Of a DNA stretch of 64,000 nt, positions 1 to 9,726 are shown piece by piece. Source of the stretch: Dehalococcoidia bacterium (GTDB lineage Bacteria > Chloroflexota > Dehalococcoidia > Bin125); the NCBI GenBank assembly GCA_965221065.1, contig OZ244861.1, forward strand, positions 1,613,844 through 1,677,843, in the 5' to 3' direction. Each line of letters starts with the position of its first letter. Within the stretch, counting starts at the first letter, position 1. The position numbers and the translations under genes were made by a program. Under the pieces are notes generated by a model. The model was not told the origin of the DNA. It searched no databases and saw only the letters and a list, made by a program, of their open reading frames with translations.

Positions 1-571
1 GGGTCGCGCGCCCGCCATCAACGCGATCGCCAACGGCAACATCGTCCCCTCGGCCAGGAACATGCCCATCTCCAACATGTTCACGCTGCAAGCCCAGGGC
101 TCGGACGGCGACTGGCTCTTCCTCGGCTACATCACCGACCGCTGGGTTCCCATGTGCCGTGCGCTCGAGCGCGAAGACCTGGTCACTGACCCACGCTTCA
201 GCACCCTCGCCGACCGCAACGCCAACCGTGAAGAGCTCAGGAGTGAAGTGGCCACCACCATCGCCGCCCGACCGGCCGCCGATTGGCCGCCTCGCTTCGA
301 CACGGAAGAAGTGCCCAGCACTCTCATCCAGGACTACCCGATGATCGCCGAGGACGAGCAAGCCGCCGCCAACGAGTACATCATCCGGTACGAGGACTCC
401 CGCTTCGGCACGCTGACAACCGTCGGCTCCCCGATCCGCGCCAACGGAGTCCAGGGCCAGGTCAAATCCCTCGGCCCGGAACTCGGCCAGGACACCGACG
501 CGCTCTTGCAGGAGATCGGCTGTGCCCCGGAAGCGATTACCCAGCTACGCGAGTCCGGGGTGGTCGGCTAA
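1..571 (+). CDS. CoA-transferase family III (CaiB/BaiF-like), 5'-truncated by window edge
   Basis: ORF 62..571 continues upstream in frame; C-terminal region typical of family III CoA transferases; paralogous to 2113..3330 and 28740..30011. Confidence 0.75.
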   Translation, partial: GRAPAINAIANGNIVPSARNMPISNMFTLQAQGSDGDWLFLGYITDRWVPMCRALEREDLVTDPRFSTLADRNANREELRSEVATTIAARPAADWPPRFDTEEVPSTLIQDYPMIAEDEQAAANEYIIRYEDSRFGTLTTVGSPIRANGVQGQVKSLGPELGQDTDALLQEIGCAPEAITQLRESGVVG

Positions 572-578
572 GGACCCG

Positions 579-1058
579 CTAACACGGAGTCGATGACGGG
601 ATTTCGTCGATGATCTCGTTTGCCAGTTGCAGTTCGCGCACGTAGCAGATCACCTGGTGAATCTCGTCGATTTCCAGGCCCGGCACGGCCGGCATGTTGC
701 CGAAGTCCCAGTGATGCGCCCGCACCCCGCGGGCGACCGCGATCACGAAACTGGCGTTGCCATGATGCCCCGGCTCGTAGATCTGATGAACGAGCGGTGG
801 ACCCTGGTTCGTACCCGACGCACTTTCGCCATGGCACTGTGAACAGTTGGCCGCAAACAGCCGCTTGCCCGCCAGTCCGGCCGCTGAATGCGCGCCCTCG
901 ATCACCGAGGACGGCGCCGGGTCGTGCTCCTCATGCCCCTGCGACGCTTGGTAGTCCCCCTCGCCCTGACCACCGCACGCCGTCAACAGCACGGCGAAGC
1001 AGACTGCAAGAGCAGACAGAAGAATCAACCGCAGGCTCAATCGCCTCTCAAGAACCAT
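579..1058 (-). CDS. c-type cytochrome lipoprotein (class I, single CxxCH)
   Basis: Signal peptide plus lipobox LLTAC; heme motif CSQCHG; start ATG at 1058 chosen over the longer GTG-extended ORF. Confidence 0.7.
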   Translation of the reverse strand: MVLERRLSLRLILLSALAVCFAVLLTACGGQGEGDYQASQGHEEHDPAPSSVIEGAHSAAGLAGKRLFAANCSQCHGESASGTNQGPPLVHQIYEPGHHGNASFVIAVARGVRAHHWDFGNMPAVPGLEIDEIHQVICYVRELQLANEIIDEIPSSTPC

Positions 1059-1113
1059 CGCGATCACCGCCTGCCGACAACGGTAACCAACAGCGCTCGT
1101 CGGCGTGGCCAAG

Positions 1114-2001
1114 TCAGACACCCGACAGGCGCTCCTCCACCTGAGCCAACAACCGCGCCGCATTCTCCCCCAACCACCCCTCCTTCACCTGATCCTTGAG
1201 CGGCAGATCCTGCAGCTCCGACACCGCCCGCTGGTAGGGGATCATGTTGTCGGTCGCGAACAGCACCCGATCGCTCAGCAGCGACGTGTTGCCGTAGTGC
1301 ATCAGCGTTTCCCAACCGGTGCCCGGCGTGCCGATGTACTTCGGCGCGACCGCTCCGATCTCGATGTAGACGTTGCGGTGCTTCCAGGCGACCGCGACCA
1401 GCTCGTTGACCCACGGCCAGCCGCCGTGATTGGCCACGATGGTGAGGTCGGGAAAGTCGCACGCGATCTCGTCAAGAACGAGCGGACGACCGTACGCGAT
1501 CGAGCGGTCGTTGGAGAAGTTGATCGATGAGTGAATCGTCACCGGAACGCCGAGCTCCTGGCACTTCGAGTAAAGCGGGTAGAACCGCTTGTCGTTGGCC
1601 AACACCTGGTACGAAAACGGCTGCAGGTTGACGCCCTTCGCGCCACGTTCCCGCACCTCGGCCTCAACGACCGCGGCCATGTTGTCGCCCGCCGCCGGAT
1701 TCACCGTGACGTAGCCGGTCAGCACGTCGGGATAGCCGGCCACAAGCCGATGCACGGCGTCGTTCATCGCCCGATAGTCGCCGGCGCCCCACTCGGCCTG
1801 CAGCACCGCACGGTCGATACCGGCCTCTACAATCGCGGCAACCATCGCCTGTGCGTCAGCGCCCCCTCCACGTTCTCGCGTGTAGATCCGGTTGTAGTTC
1901 GACAGGTAACTGCGGTCACTGAAGCGCTCGTCGCCGTCGCCGGACGGATCGGCATACTCGCGCGGAGGCAGGGTGACTCGGAAATCAATGATCTCTGGCA
2001 T
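1114..2001 (-). CDS. amidohydrolase-2 family metal-dependent hydrolase (ACMSD/PDC-hydrolase-like)
   Basis: 295-aa ORF; amidohydrolase-2 type TIM-barrel motifs; GGAAGG RBS before ATG at 2001. Confidence 0.75.
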   Translation of the reverse strand: MPEIIDFRVTLPPREYADPSGDGDERFSDRSYLSNYNRIYTRERGGGADAQAMVAAIVEAGIDRAVLQAEWGAGDYRAMNDAVHRLVAGYPDVLTGYVTVNPAAGDNMAAVVEAEVRERGAKGVNLQPFSYQVLANDKRFYPLYSKCQELGVPVTIHSSINFSNDRSIAYGRPLVLDEIACDFPDLTIVANHGGWPWVNELVAVAWKHRNVYIEIGAVAPKYIGTPGTGWETLMHYGNTSLLSDRVLFATDNMIPYQRAVSELQDLPLKDQVKEGWLGENAARLLAQVEERLSGV

Positions 2002-2060
2002 CTGGACACCTTCCTTCGTTGTCCATCGAGAGGGAACTGGATGCGAACCAGTCCTCCCAC

Positions 2061-2100
2061 CCCCTCTCCCTGAGCGAGAGGGCCGGGGTGAGGGGCTCGA
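2061..2100. repeat. GC hairpin repeat element (cccctctccctgagcgagagggccggggtgagggg)
   Basis: Same family as 31966, 40141 and 63040. Confidence 0.5.
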
Positions 2101-2112
2101 CCATTCTCGCGG

Positions 2113-3330
2113 CTATGGAATCACACCCGACTGCTTCATCCCCGCAATCTCGTCCCAGCTATAGCCCAACTCTTCCAGCACAACCTCGGTGTGCTCGCCT
2201 AGTTCCGGAGCGCTGCTGCGCGTCTCCGTCGGCGCCTGTTCGAGTTCAAACGGCAGGCCGAAGATCTTGAACTCCCCCGCCGTCCGATGCTGCATCGTGC
2301 GCACGTAACCGTTTGCCGCCGCCTGCGGATCGTTGGCAATCTCGACCGAGTCCGCAGCCGGCGCCCAGGGGAAATCCCTGGCGTCGAAGATCGCCGCCCA
2401 ATGGTCCCTGGGTTCCTGTCCGATTCGCTGCTCGATCACTTCGACCGCCTCGCGGATGTGCTTGCGACGCACCGAGGCCTCGGCAAAGCGCGGATCCTCG
2501 GTCAGGATCGGCTGGCCAATCGCCTCCGCGAACGGTCCCCAGAATCGCTCCTCCTGGATCATCGCCAGCTGCATCCACTTGCCGTCCGACGAGCGGTACG
2601 AGTTGTAGAGCGGATTGAAGGCGCTGTAACGGTCGCTGCGGGGAAAGTTCTGGCCGGTCGCCAGCGCGCCCTGGATCGCGAAGCCGTTCGCCCAGATCCC
2701 GCCCCCGTAGAGCGAGCAGGTGACGAATTGCCCTTCGCCGGTCAGCTCGCGCTGATACAGCGCGGCAAAGATCGCCGCCGAGAGGTTCATCGCACTGGGC
2801 AGGTCCCCCATCGCCCCGACCAGCCGGATCGGCTCGCTGTCCGCGGGACCCAGCGTCTCCATGAAGCCCCCGCGCGCCCAGTAAGCCAGTTCGTCGAATG
2901 CCGGACGATCGATGTCTGGACCCTCGGTGCCGTAGCCGGTGGCGTGCGCGTAGATCAGGCGTGGGTGCTCTGCCTTGATCGACGCATAGTCGATACCCAA
3001 CCGTTCGAGCGCGCCGCGACGCAGGTTGACGATGAACACATCCGCGTCGGCCAACAGTCGCCGCAGCGCCTCGATGCCGTCCGGAGTTCGCACATTGAGC
3101 GCCACGCTGCGCTTGTTCCGATTGGGAATCTCGAAGACCCAGTCGACCCCGTCATGCAACCGATGAATCAGCCCCCGCATCGGGTCGCCCTCGTGGGGCT
3201 CGACCTTGACCACTTCGGCGCCCATCTCGCTCAAGACGCAAGCGCTCATCGGCCCAAACAGCCAGGTCGCCATCTCCACGACCTTCAGCCCCTCGAGCAA
3301 CGGCGTCGCGGTCGCCTGTTCAGTGCTCAC
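2113..3330 (-). CDS. CoA-transferase family III (CaiB/BaiF)
   Basis: N-terminal LKVVEMATWLFGP...GAEVVKVE motif; start moved to GTG at 3330, preceded by AAGGGAG RBS (the longer 461-aa ORF lacks an RBS). Confidence 0.8.
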   Translation of the reverse strand: MSTEQATATPLLEGLKVVEMATWLFGPMSACVLSEMGAEVVKVEPHEGDPMRGLIHRLHDGVDWVFEIPNRNKRSVALNVRTPDGIEALRRLLADADVFIVNLRRGALERLGIDYASIKAEHPRLIYAHATGYGTEGPDIDRPAFDELAYWARGGFMETLGPADSEPIRLVGAMGDLPSAMNLSAAIFAALYQRELTGEGQFVTCSLYGGGIWANGFAIQGALATGQNFPRSDRYSAFNPLYNSYRSSDGKWMQLAMIQEERFWGPFAEAIGQPILTEDPRFAEASVRRKHIREAVEVIEQRIGQEPRDHWAAIFDARDFPWAPAADSVEIANDPQAAANGYVRTMQHRTAGEFKIFGLPFELEQAPTETRSSAPELGEHTEVVLEELGYSWDEIAGMKQSGVIP

Positions 3331-3409
3331 ACCCGCTCCCTTCGTACCGAGTCTCAACTGCTCCGAGCCTAGCGGAGGGCGATATGGTGATCGCAATTCA
3401 TCAGCGACG

Positions 3410-4153
3410 ATGTCGCCCTCACCGTCCCTCAACCCACCGCAATACCTCGTCTCTGACGAATCGCACTCTCCAGTGATCGGAGCCGCCGCGTTGAGCACCG
3501 ACCTGCTGGCGCACTTCTCGAAGCGCTACCCGCGCCTCTACCACATGGCCCAGTCGGGCAGTTGGCCCAGCATCCGCGAGCGCGGTCTGCTCAGCACCTC
3601 TGCGCTCCTCGACCTGCTCGAGGTCACAGGCTCGACGCGACGCGAAATCGAGTCCCGGTGGCGTCCGACCGGCGTCCCGATCAGCCATCCGATCCACGGA
3701 ACCGCCGTGATCCGCGATCAATGGCCAATGCCGCCCGAGCACCTGGCGGCCGGTCTGAACGGTATTGCGCCGCAGCAGTGGTACGAGTTTCTCAATCGCA
3801 AGACGTTCCTCTGGCTTTCCGAGGATCGCCTGATCCGAATGCTCAACGCCCGGCCGTACCGCGCTACCGCTCACGACGTCCTCACTCTGGACACGCGAAT
3901 GTTCGTCGGCGAATACATGGAGCGCATCAAGGTCTGCCCGATCAACTCCGGCTTCGCCATGCCGATGTTCGGCAAGGTGACCCCGCGATCCTTCGAGACC
4001 TTTCAGACCATCGAGCGACGTGCACAGACTCAGGGCCTGGGCGGCCTCGCCGAGCTCACCGTGGACTACGCCGCTCCGGATGCCTGGCGCTTCGTCACCT
4101 CCGTCGAGTCCTGGCGCGGGAAGCAGTGTCTGGGGACGATCTGGCGACGATGA
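3410..4153 (+). CDS. hypothetical protein, possible ADP-ribosyltransferase-fold (DarT/DUF4433-like) orphan
   Basis: Start at ATG 3410, because the upstream part of the ORF overlaps the antisense CoA-transferase; motifs LYHMAQSGSWPSIRERGLLS and QQWYEFLNRKTF resemble the DarT LYHFTH..PSIL..GLLS and QAEFLV motifs. Confidence 0.45.
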   Translation: MSPSPSLNPPQYLVSDESHSPVIGAAALSTDLLAHFSKRYPRLYHMAQSGSWPSIRERGLLSTSALLDLLEVTGSTRREIESRWRPTGVPISHPIHGTAVIRDQWPMPPEHLAAGLNGIAPQQWYEFLNRKTFLWLSEDRLIRMLNARPYRATAHDVLTLDTRMFVGEYMERIKVCPINSGFAMPMFGKVTPRSFETFQTIERRAQTQGLGGLAELTVDYAAPDAWRFVTSVESWRGKQCLGTIWRR

Positions 4154-4157
4154 ACGT

Positions 4158-4601
4158 TCAGCCGATCACGTCCTCGATCTGACGCATGTGTTCCTCGCGA
4201 TGTGGCGCACGCTCGATGGCATAGCTCTTGCCCGAGGTGCGGAGCGCATCAATCTGCTGGACAGACAGGCGCTCGACAATCCGGTCGAGCTCCTCCGCGG
4301 CCGCAACAGCGGCGTCGCCGACCGTGGTCGGATCAAATGCCGCAGCTACCAGTTGCAGCGCATCGTTGGTCGCGAGATCCTCCGAGGGGAACGGCTCGCC
4401 TCGCACGAATCGCTGCAAGGCCGCGACCTGCCGAGCGTCCCAGAACGCCAGGTGGGCCAGCGCAAACCCGACCGTCCAGCCGCCGCCGAGCGACCGGGCC
4501 AGTTCCGCCCCGTCTTCCACCTCGCCGAGCCGTCCGACGAGCGCCCTCAGCCGCTCGGTCGACTCCGCATTGCTTGACCCGCCAAGATCCCTTGCCGCCA
4601 C
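4158..4601 (-). CDS. DinB/YfiT-like (mycothiol maleylpyruvate isomerase N-terminal-like) protein
   Basis: 147-aa ORF, helical-bundle DinB_2-like sequence. Confidence 0.55.
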   Translation of the reverse strand: MAARDLGGSSNAESTERLRALVGRLGEVEDGAELARSLGGGWTVGFALAHLAFWDARQVAALQRFVRGEPFPSEDLATNDALQLVAAAFDPTTVGDAAVAAAEELDRIVERLSVQQIDALRTSGKSYAIERAPHREEHMRQIEDVIG

Positions 4602-4622
4602 GTTTCCTCCTGCATTGACTAC

Positions 4623-5216
4623 TCAGGTGCCATCAACCCTAGTCTCCCGCTGCCTTGCGTCCTGTCGACGAACGTACATCCGCGCTCCAACGAACCCCAG
4701 CAGCATCGCGCCCACCACTGCCACCACGGCGATTGCCGCCAGCCGATCTTCCCCCCCTTCAGCCTCAACGAGACCGCCGCTGCCGGTGTTGGGCAGGCCG
4801 ACGCTGCTTCCGGTCGGCACGCTGCCCGCGAAGGCGGTCAGATCCTCGCCGGCGAACTCGACCGGCGCGGTCCGTCCGCAGCGCGCCACATCGACACCGT
4901 TCCAGGAGTAAACCACATACTCGACCCGCTCCTCGAATGGATAACCGCAGGCCGCCGTGTCCTGCTGCGTGGTCAACGAGAGCGTTTCCGCGTCCGGACC
5001 CTTCCAGACCGTCTCGACATCGAACTCCACCGCCAGCCAGCCTGCTTCGTCCGCCGGCAGAATCGACGTCACCATCCCCCGGAAGACCAACTCCGACTCC
5101 GCCAGCGCCTCCGCTGGCGTTCCCGGAGGCGCACACGAACAGGCGTAGCCACTCGTTGGAGACACGACAATCCAGAGACCGATCATCGACACGACCAGCA
5201 ACACACGCAGGCCCAT
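4623..5216 (-). CDS. sortase-anchored (LPNTG) secreted protein with TIMP/NTR-like N-terminus
   Basis: Signal peptide ending ...SGYA before CSCAPPG, which gives a predicted mature N-terminal Cys-Ser-Cys like TIMPs; C-terminal LPNTG plus hydrophobic stretch plus RRQDARQRE tail. Confidence 0.6.
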   Translation of the reverse strand: MGLRVLLVVSMIGLWIVVSPTSGYACSCAPPGTPAEALAESELVFRGMVTSILPADEAGWLAVEFDVETVWKGPDAETLSLTTQQDTAACGYPFEERVEYVVYSWNGVDVARCGRTAPVEFAGEDLTAFAGSVPTGSSVGLPNTGSGGLVEAEGGEDRLAAIAVVAVVGAMLLGFVGARMYVRRQDARQRETRVDGT

Positions 5217-5375
5217 GGCGCAGCCCTCAACGACCGCCAGACCCTCCCGCGCCAACGCGGTCACTGTATGGCGACGCGAGGTGTTCTGGATCGGCTGTCA
5301 CGGCCGATGCGGCAGATTTGATGATCGGCGACAATCCAGGAGGACTCGATCAACACACTCAGAAGGAAAACAGCG

Positions 5376-5855
5376 ATGAGTGAGATTCAGAAGATCACGC
5401 CGTCTCTCTGGTTCGACAACCATGCCGAAGCCGCGGTCGAGCTTTACGTCTCGCTGTTCCCCAGCTCGCGAGTTATCAGCGTCGTGAAGATTCCCTCTGG
5501 ACCAGGCGAGGACGGCGCAATCGTCGAGTTCGAGTTGGACGGTCAACGAATGAGCGCCGTTGACGGAGGGCCTATGGTTCAGTTCTCTGAAGCGGTGTCG
5601 TTCGTCGTCTCCTGCGAGACGCAAGAGGAGATTGACCACTACTGGTACGGGCTGTCAGAAGGCGGCGAGCAGCAGCAGTGCGGCTGGCTGAAGGACCCGT
5701 ACGGTCTCTCCTGGCAGATCGTGCCAGCCGAGCTGTCCGAGCTGACGCAGGCGGCGCCGGTGCCGGTGATGGATGCCCTGTTGCAGATGGGCAAGATCGA
5801 GATCGAGCCTCTGCGTCGAGCGGCCGAACACGCCGAGACCCCTAACTCGGACTAA
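5376..5855 (+). CDS. VOC/glyoxalase-superfamily protein (PhnB / 3-demethylubiquinone-9 3-methyltransferase-like)
   Basis: 159-aa ORF; GAAGGA RBS 8 nt before the ATG. Confidence 0.7.
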   Translation: MSEIQKITPSLWFDNHAEAAVELYVSLFPSSRVISVVKIPSGPGEDGAIVEFELDGQRMSAVDGGPMVQFSEAVSFVVSCETQEEIDHYWYGLSEGGEQQQCGWLKDPYGLSWQIVPAELSELTQAAPVPVMDALLQMGKIEIEPLRRAAEHAETPNSD

Positions 5856-5863
5856 CCAACGAT

Positions 5864-7471
5864 CTACACGGAGTACAGCAGCTCCCCATCCACATACGTC
5901 CGCTGCACCACGATTTCGCGGATCGCCTCAGGATCGACCAGCGTCGGATCGTGACTCAGCACGACCAGGTCCGCCCGCTTACCCACCTCGATCGATCCCA
6001 CCTCGTCGTCGCGGAACATCGCGACCGCCGAGTTGATCGTCTGCGTACGCAACGCTTCGAGCGCTGAGAGCGTCTCCTCCTCCGCGATCACATCGCCCTC
6101 CCGCGAGCGGCGCGCGGTCAGACCATACAGCCCAATCAGCGGCTCGACCGGCGCGCAGGGGAAGTCCGAACCGGATGCGACCGTCACTCCCGCATCGAGG
6201 AACAAGCGGTAGGGAAGCGGCGGGATCGTCAGACCCGCCTCGGCGATGAAATCGACGAACCCCTGCCCGACCGAGTACAGGAACGCCGGCTGGTGCGAAA
6301 CGATTACGCCTAGCGAGGCGGCCCGCTCCATCTGGCCGGGGTCGGCGAAGAAGAAGTGCTCGATCCGGTACCGAGCGTCGCTGCGCGGGATCTCCCGCTG
6401 GACCCGCTCGTACGTGTTCAACGCCTGCTCGATCGCCCGGTTGCCAAGGCAGTGAATCGCCGTCTGCAGCCCGTGCGAGGCCGCATTGAGCACGAGCTGA
6501 TCAACCTCGTCCTGGTTGTAGTACGGCTCACCGACATCTTCGAACGTCCCGTCCGCGTGGCACTTGCGCAGCGCATTCGATGGATAGACCGGGTCCATGA
6601 ACAGCTTGACGATCCCGCCCCGCAGCCGGTCCGAGACATCGTCTTGCAGAAACGCGCCGTTCGCGGCCGCCTCCGGCGCGGCGAAGAAGCCGTTGCCCCC
6701 GCGCATCTGGTGGATAACGATCGGAAGCTTGCCGCGTTCGTCGGCGAGCCGATACATCTCGGCGCTCTCCGGCATCACGACCGCATCCCCAACACTGGTC
6801 ACACCGTGCGACAGGTGGCGCAGCGCATTCTGCTCGACCAGATCCGCCACAATCTCTGGACCCAGCGTGTCGATATGCGCGCGCATCGACGCGTGATGCA
6901 CCAGGTCGGACGCCCGCTCGTAGAGCATCCCCGTCGCTTCGCCGCTCTCGTCGCGCAGGATCTGACCACCGCGCGGATCGGGAGTCTCGAAGTTGATCCC
7001 CGCAATCGCCATTGCCTCGGAGTTCGCGTAGCTGGCGTGGTAGGAAAAATCCATCACGCAGACAGGATTGTCCGGCGCCACGTCGTCCAGCTCCGCCCGA
7101 GTCAGCCAGCCGCCGTTCGTATGCCGCGCCCCATACCCCAATCCCCAGATCCACTGCCCTGCGGGAGCCGCATCCGCCGCCGCCGCGAGCGCATCCAGGA
7201 CCGCCGGCTTGCCCGACAGCGGAGGCACTCGGCAATCAACCGAGCGAGGCTCGAATGTCGTCATCGAGAAGTGATTGTGCGGATCGCAGAAGCCGGGGAT
7301 CAGCGCCCGGCCGCGCAGGTCGACATGCGTGGCGTCGGCAGACACCGCGCTCCGCGCCTCGTCGCTGTGACCAACAGCGACGATCTTGCCGTCCCGCACC
7401 GCGACCCCCGACGCGATCCGGTCCAACCCATCCATCGTCAACACGCGTCCGCCGGTGAATAGCAGTTCCAT
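5864..7471 (-). CDS. amidohydrolase-3 family metal-dependent hydrolase (paralog A)
   Basis: 535 aa; HNHFSMT motif; GGGAGGG RBS; about 70% identical to 11103..12719. Confidence 0.85.
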   Translation of the reverse strand: MELLFTGGRVLTMDGLDRIASGVAVRDGKIVAVGHSDEARSAVSADATHVDLRGRALIPGFCDPHNHFSMTTFEPRSVDCRVPPLSGKPAVLDALAAAADAAPAGQWIWGLGYGARHTNGGWLTRAELDDVAPDNPVCVMDFSYHASYANSEAMAIAGINFETPDPRGGQILRDESGEATGMLYERASDLVHHASMRAHIDTLGPEIVADLVEQNALRHLSHGVTSVGDAVVMPESAEMYRLADERGKLPIVIHQMRGGNGFFAAPEAAANGAFLQDDVSDRLRGGIVKLFMDPVYPSNALRKCHADGTFEDVGEPYYNQDEVDQLVLNAASHGLQTAIHCLGNRAIEQALNTYERVQREIPRSDARYRIEHFFFADPGQMERAASLGVIVSHQPAFLYSVGQGFVDFIAEAGLTIPPLPYRLFLDAGVTVASGSDFPCAPVEPLIGLYGLTARRSREGDVIAEEETLSALEALRTQTINSAVAMFRDDEVGSIEVGKRADLVVLSHDPTLVDPEAIREIVVQRTYVDGELLYSV

Positions 7472-7614
7472 CTCGGTTCCCTCCCCGCCTGCATGCTCAA
7501 TCGGTCAGAGACTAACGACTCGCCCGGAGACGGCGGCAAGGGCGCCGGTCATCCCGCCGTGCAAAGCCGTAGCCTGTGGCGGGCGCAGACGCTGCACGAA
7601 CCAAGCGGAGCAGG

Positions 7615-9357
7615 ATGGCGACGAACGACCATATTCGTTACGAACCCGAAGAGCCGGTCCCGCCGCTGCTGACGCTCAACGTCGCATTCCAGGGCATGGT
7701 CCTGATCGTCTCCAACGTGGTCACGTTCGTGGTCATCTTCTCGGCGGCCTTCAACGACGACGGCAGCTACATGACCTGGGCCATCGTCGGCGCACTGCTG
7801 ATTGCCGGAATCTCCACCGGACTGCACGCATCAAGGATCGGCCGCCTGGGACCGGGACACATCCTGCTGATGGGATCGGGCGTGCCGTTTCTGGCGGCCT
7901 GCGTCCTGGCCGTCGAGCAAGGCGGCCTCGCACTCATGTCGAGCCTGGTAATCGCGTCCTCGCTGATTCAGTTCGTGGTGGCCGCTCGACTCGCCCAGCT
8001 ACGCAGACTGATCACTCCGGTCGTCTCCGGCGTCGCCTTCATGATGATCGCCCTCTCCGCCATGCCGATCGCGCTAGGACGGCTCAACGACGTCCCGGCC
8101 GGCGTCAGTGACGCTGCCGGTCCCGGAGTGGGGCTGGCGACACTGGCCATCACCGCCCTGCTGATGTTGCTGGGAACCGGCCTCTGGCGTCTCTGGGCCC
8201 TGCCGATCGCCCTGGTCGGAGGCTGCGCGATCGCGGTGCCGTTGGGCGTCTACGACATCCAACGGGCGCTGGACGCCCCCTGGTTCGACCTCCCGCAGGT
8301 CGCCGGCTGGCCCGGATTCGGTTCAGTGCTGGACGAGGATTTCTGGGCGCTGCTGCTGGTCTTCCTCGTCGTCAGCGCCGTCGTCGCAGTCCGCTCCAGC
8401 AGCGAAGGAGCGGCGATTCAACAGGCCTCCCGGCGCGAGCCGCGCAGCATCGACTTCCGCGGCGTGCAACGGACGCTCAACGTGGGCGGCATCGCCATCT
8501 TCCTCTCCGGTATCGCCGGAACGCCCCCCACGATTGCCTACCTTCCCTCGACCATTTCCCTGTTCCAGTTCACCGGAGTCGCGGCCCGGCGCGTCGGGAT
8601 CACAATCGGCGTGATGCTGATCGTGGCCGCGCTGTTGCCCAAGATCGTGGCCATGCTGCTCACGATCCCGCGACCCGTGAGTGGAGCGCTGCTGTTGGTC
8701 ATCATGGGACTGCTCTTCGTGGAAGGCATGCGGACGGTCCTCCGAGACGGACTCACGCGGCAGCGTGCCGCGATTGTCGGGACCTCGCTCGCGATCGCGG
8801 TCGGCCTGCAGAGCCAGAACATCCTGGCCGACGTGATCGGCGGAACCTGGGGAGCCACCCTCGGCAACGGCGTGGTCTTCGGCGTCTCGGCTGCGGTCCT
8901 GCTGACCATCGTGCTCGAGCTGGCTGGTTCCCGTCCTCGGCCTCGGCGATTGGAGAGCGAACTGGATGTCTCAGCGTTGCCCGACATCGAGGCGTTCCTG
9001 CGCAAGCTCGGCGCCGATTTGCGTTGGAACCCGGAATCAATCGACCGACTGCACGCGGCCGGCGAGGAAACCCTCTCCGCCATGCTGAATCTGCGCGACG
9101 ACTACGAGTCGGACGAGCCGCCCCGCCTGGTGCTGATCGCGCGACCCGGCATCGGCTCGGTCGAGCTGGAGTTCCTGGCGCTGTTCTCCGAGGAGAACCT
9201 TGAAGACCGAGTCGCCTATCTGAGCGAGCAGGCCGAGGAGCCGGATGTCGGCGATATCTCGTTCCGCCTGTTGCGTTTCTACGCCTCGTCTGTGAGACAC
9301 CGCAAGTACTACGGTATCGATATCGTCACAGTCGAAGTCGAGGGCTCGCGGGGCTGA
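7615..9357 (+). CDS. APC-superfamily (NCS2/SulP-like) solute permease with about 150-aa C-terminal cytoplasmic domain
   Basis: About 12-14 TM helices; start at ATG 7615 after GGAG; C-terminal soluble domain (possibly STAS-like). Confidence 0.7.
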   Translation: MATNDHIRYEPEEPVPPLLTLNVAFQGMVLIVSNVVTFVVIFSAAFNDDGSYMTWAIVGALLIAGISTGLHASRIGRLGPGHILLMGSGVPFLAACVLAVEQGGLALMSSLVIASSLIQFVVAARLAQLRRLITPVVSGVAFMMIALSAMPIALGRLNDVPAGVSDAAGPGVGLATLAITALLMLLGTGLWRLWALPIALVGGCAIAVPLGVYDIQRALDAPWFDLPQVAGWPGFGSVLDEDFWALLLVFLVVSAVVAVRSSSEGAAIQQASRREPRSIDFRGVQRTLNVGGIAIFLSGIAGTPPTIAYLPSTISLFQFTGVAARRVGITIGVMLIVAALLPKIVAMLLTIPRPVSGALLLVIMGLLFVEGMRTVLRDGLTRQRAAIVGTSLAIAVGLQSQNILADVIGGTWGATLGNGVVFGVSAAVLLTIVLELAGSRPRPRRLESELDVSALPDIEAFLRKLGADLRWNPESIDRLHAAGEETLSAMLNLRDDYESDEPPRLVLIARPGIGSVELEFLALFSEENLEDRVAYLSEQAEEPDVGDISFRLLRFYASSVRHRKYYGIDIVTVEVEGSRG

Positions 9358-9432
9358 TCGACACGCTCTACATACATGTGTCGATAGACCGCGCAGTAGA
9401 CTCACGAATGCAATGAGAGAGGGCTCGCGACA

Positions 9433-9726
9433 ATGAGCAGTTACGTCGTCATTGACACCGAAGTATTGGACGAGGAGGCGTTCTCCGAGTTCGCAGGCAA
9501 GATCTACGATGCCGTCACCACCAACGGGGGCACTTTCCTGGTGCGCGGCGGCAATATTGACGTCATTGAGGGCGATTGGACGCCGCAACGGATCGTGGTC
9601 ATGGCCTTCGACAACGACGACGGCGCCCGCGAGTTCGTTCGCTCAGGCGACTACACAGCGCTTCAGGAGCTCCGCCAGCGAGCCCTCCGTTCGAAGGTGC
9701 TCGTGCTCGAGGGCTACAGCGCCTGA
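9433..9726 (+). CDS. DUF1330 domain protein
   Basis: 97-aa ORF with DUF1330-like sequence. Confidence 0.7.
   Translation: MSSYVVIDTEVLDEEAFSEFAGKIYDAVTTNGGTFLVRGGNIDVIEGDWTPQRIVVMAFDNDDGAREFVRSGDYTALQELRQRALRSKVLVLEGYSA

Noticed and set aside
3206-3409. Longer 315-aa version of the hypothetical gene at 3410
   Set aside because: The extra 68 codons lie antisense inside the CoA-transferase gene and are Ser/Pro/Thr-rich. An ATG at 3410 gives a compact gene.
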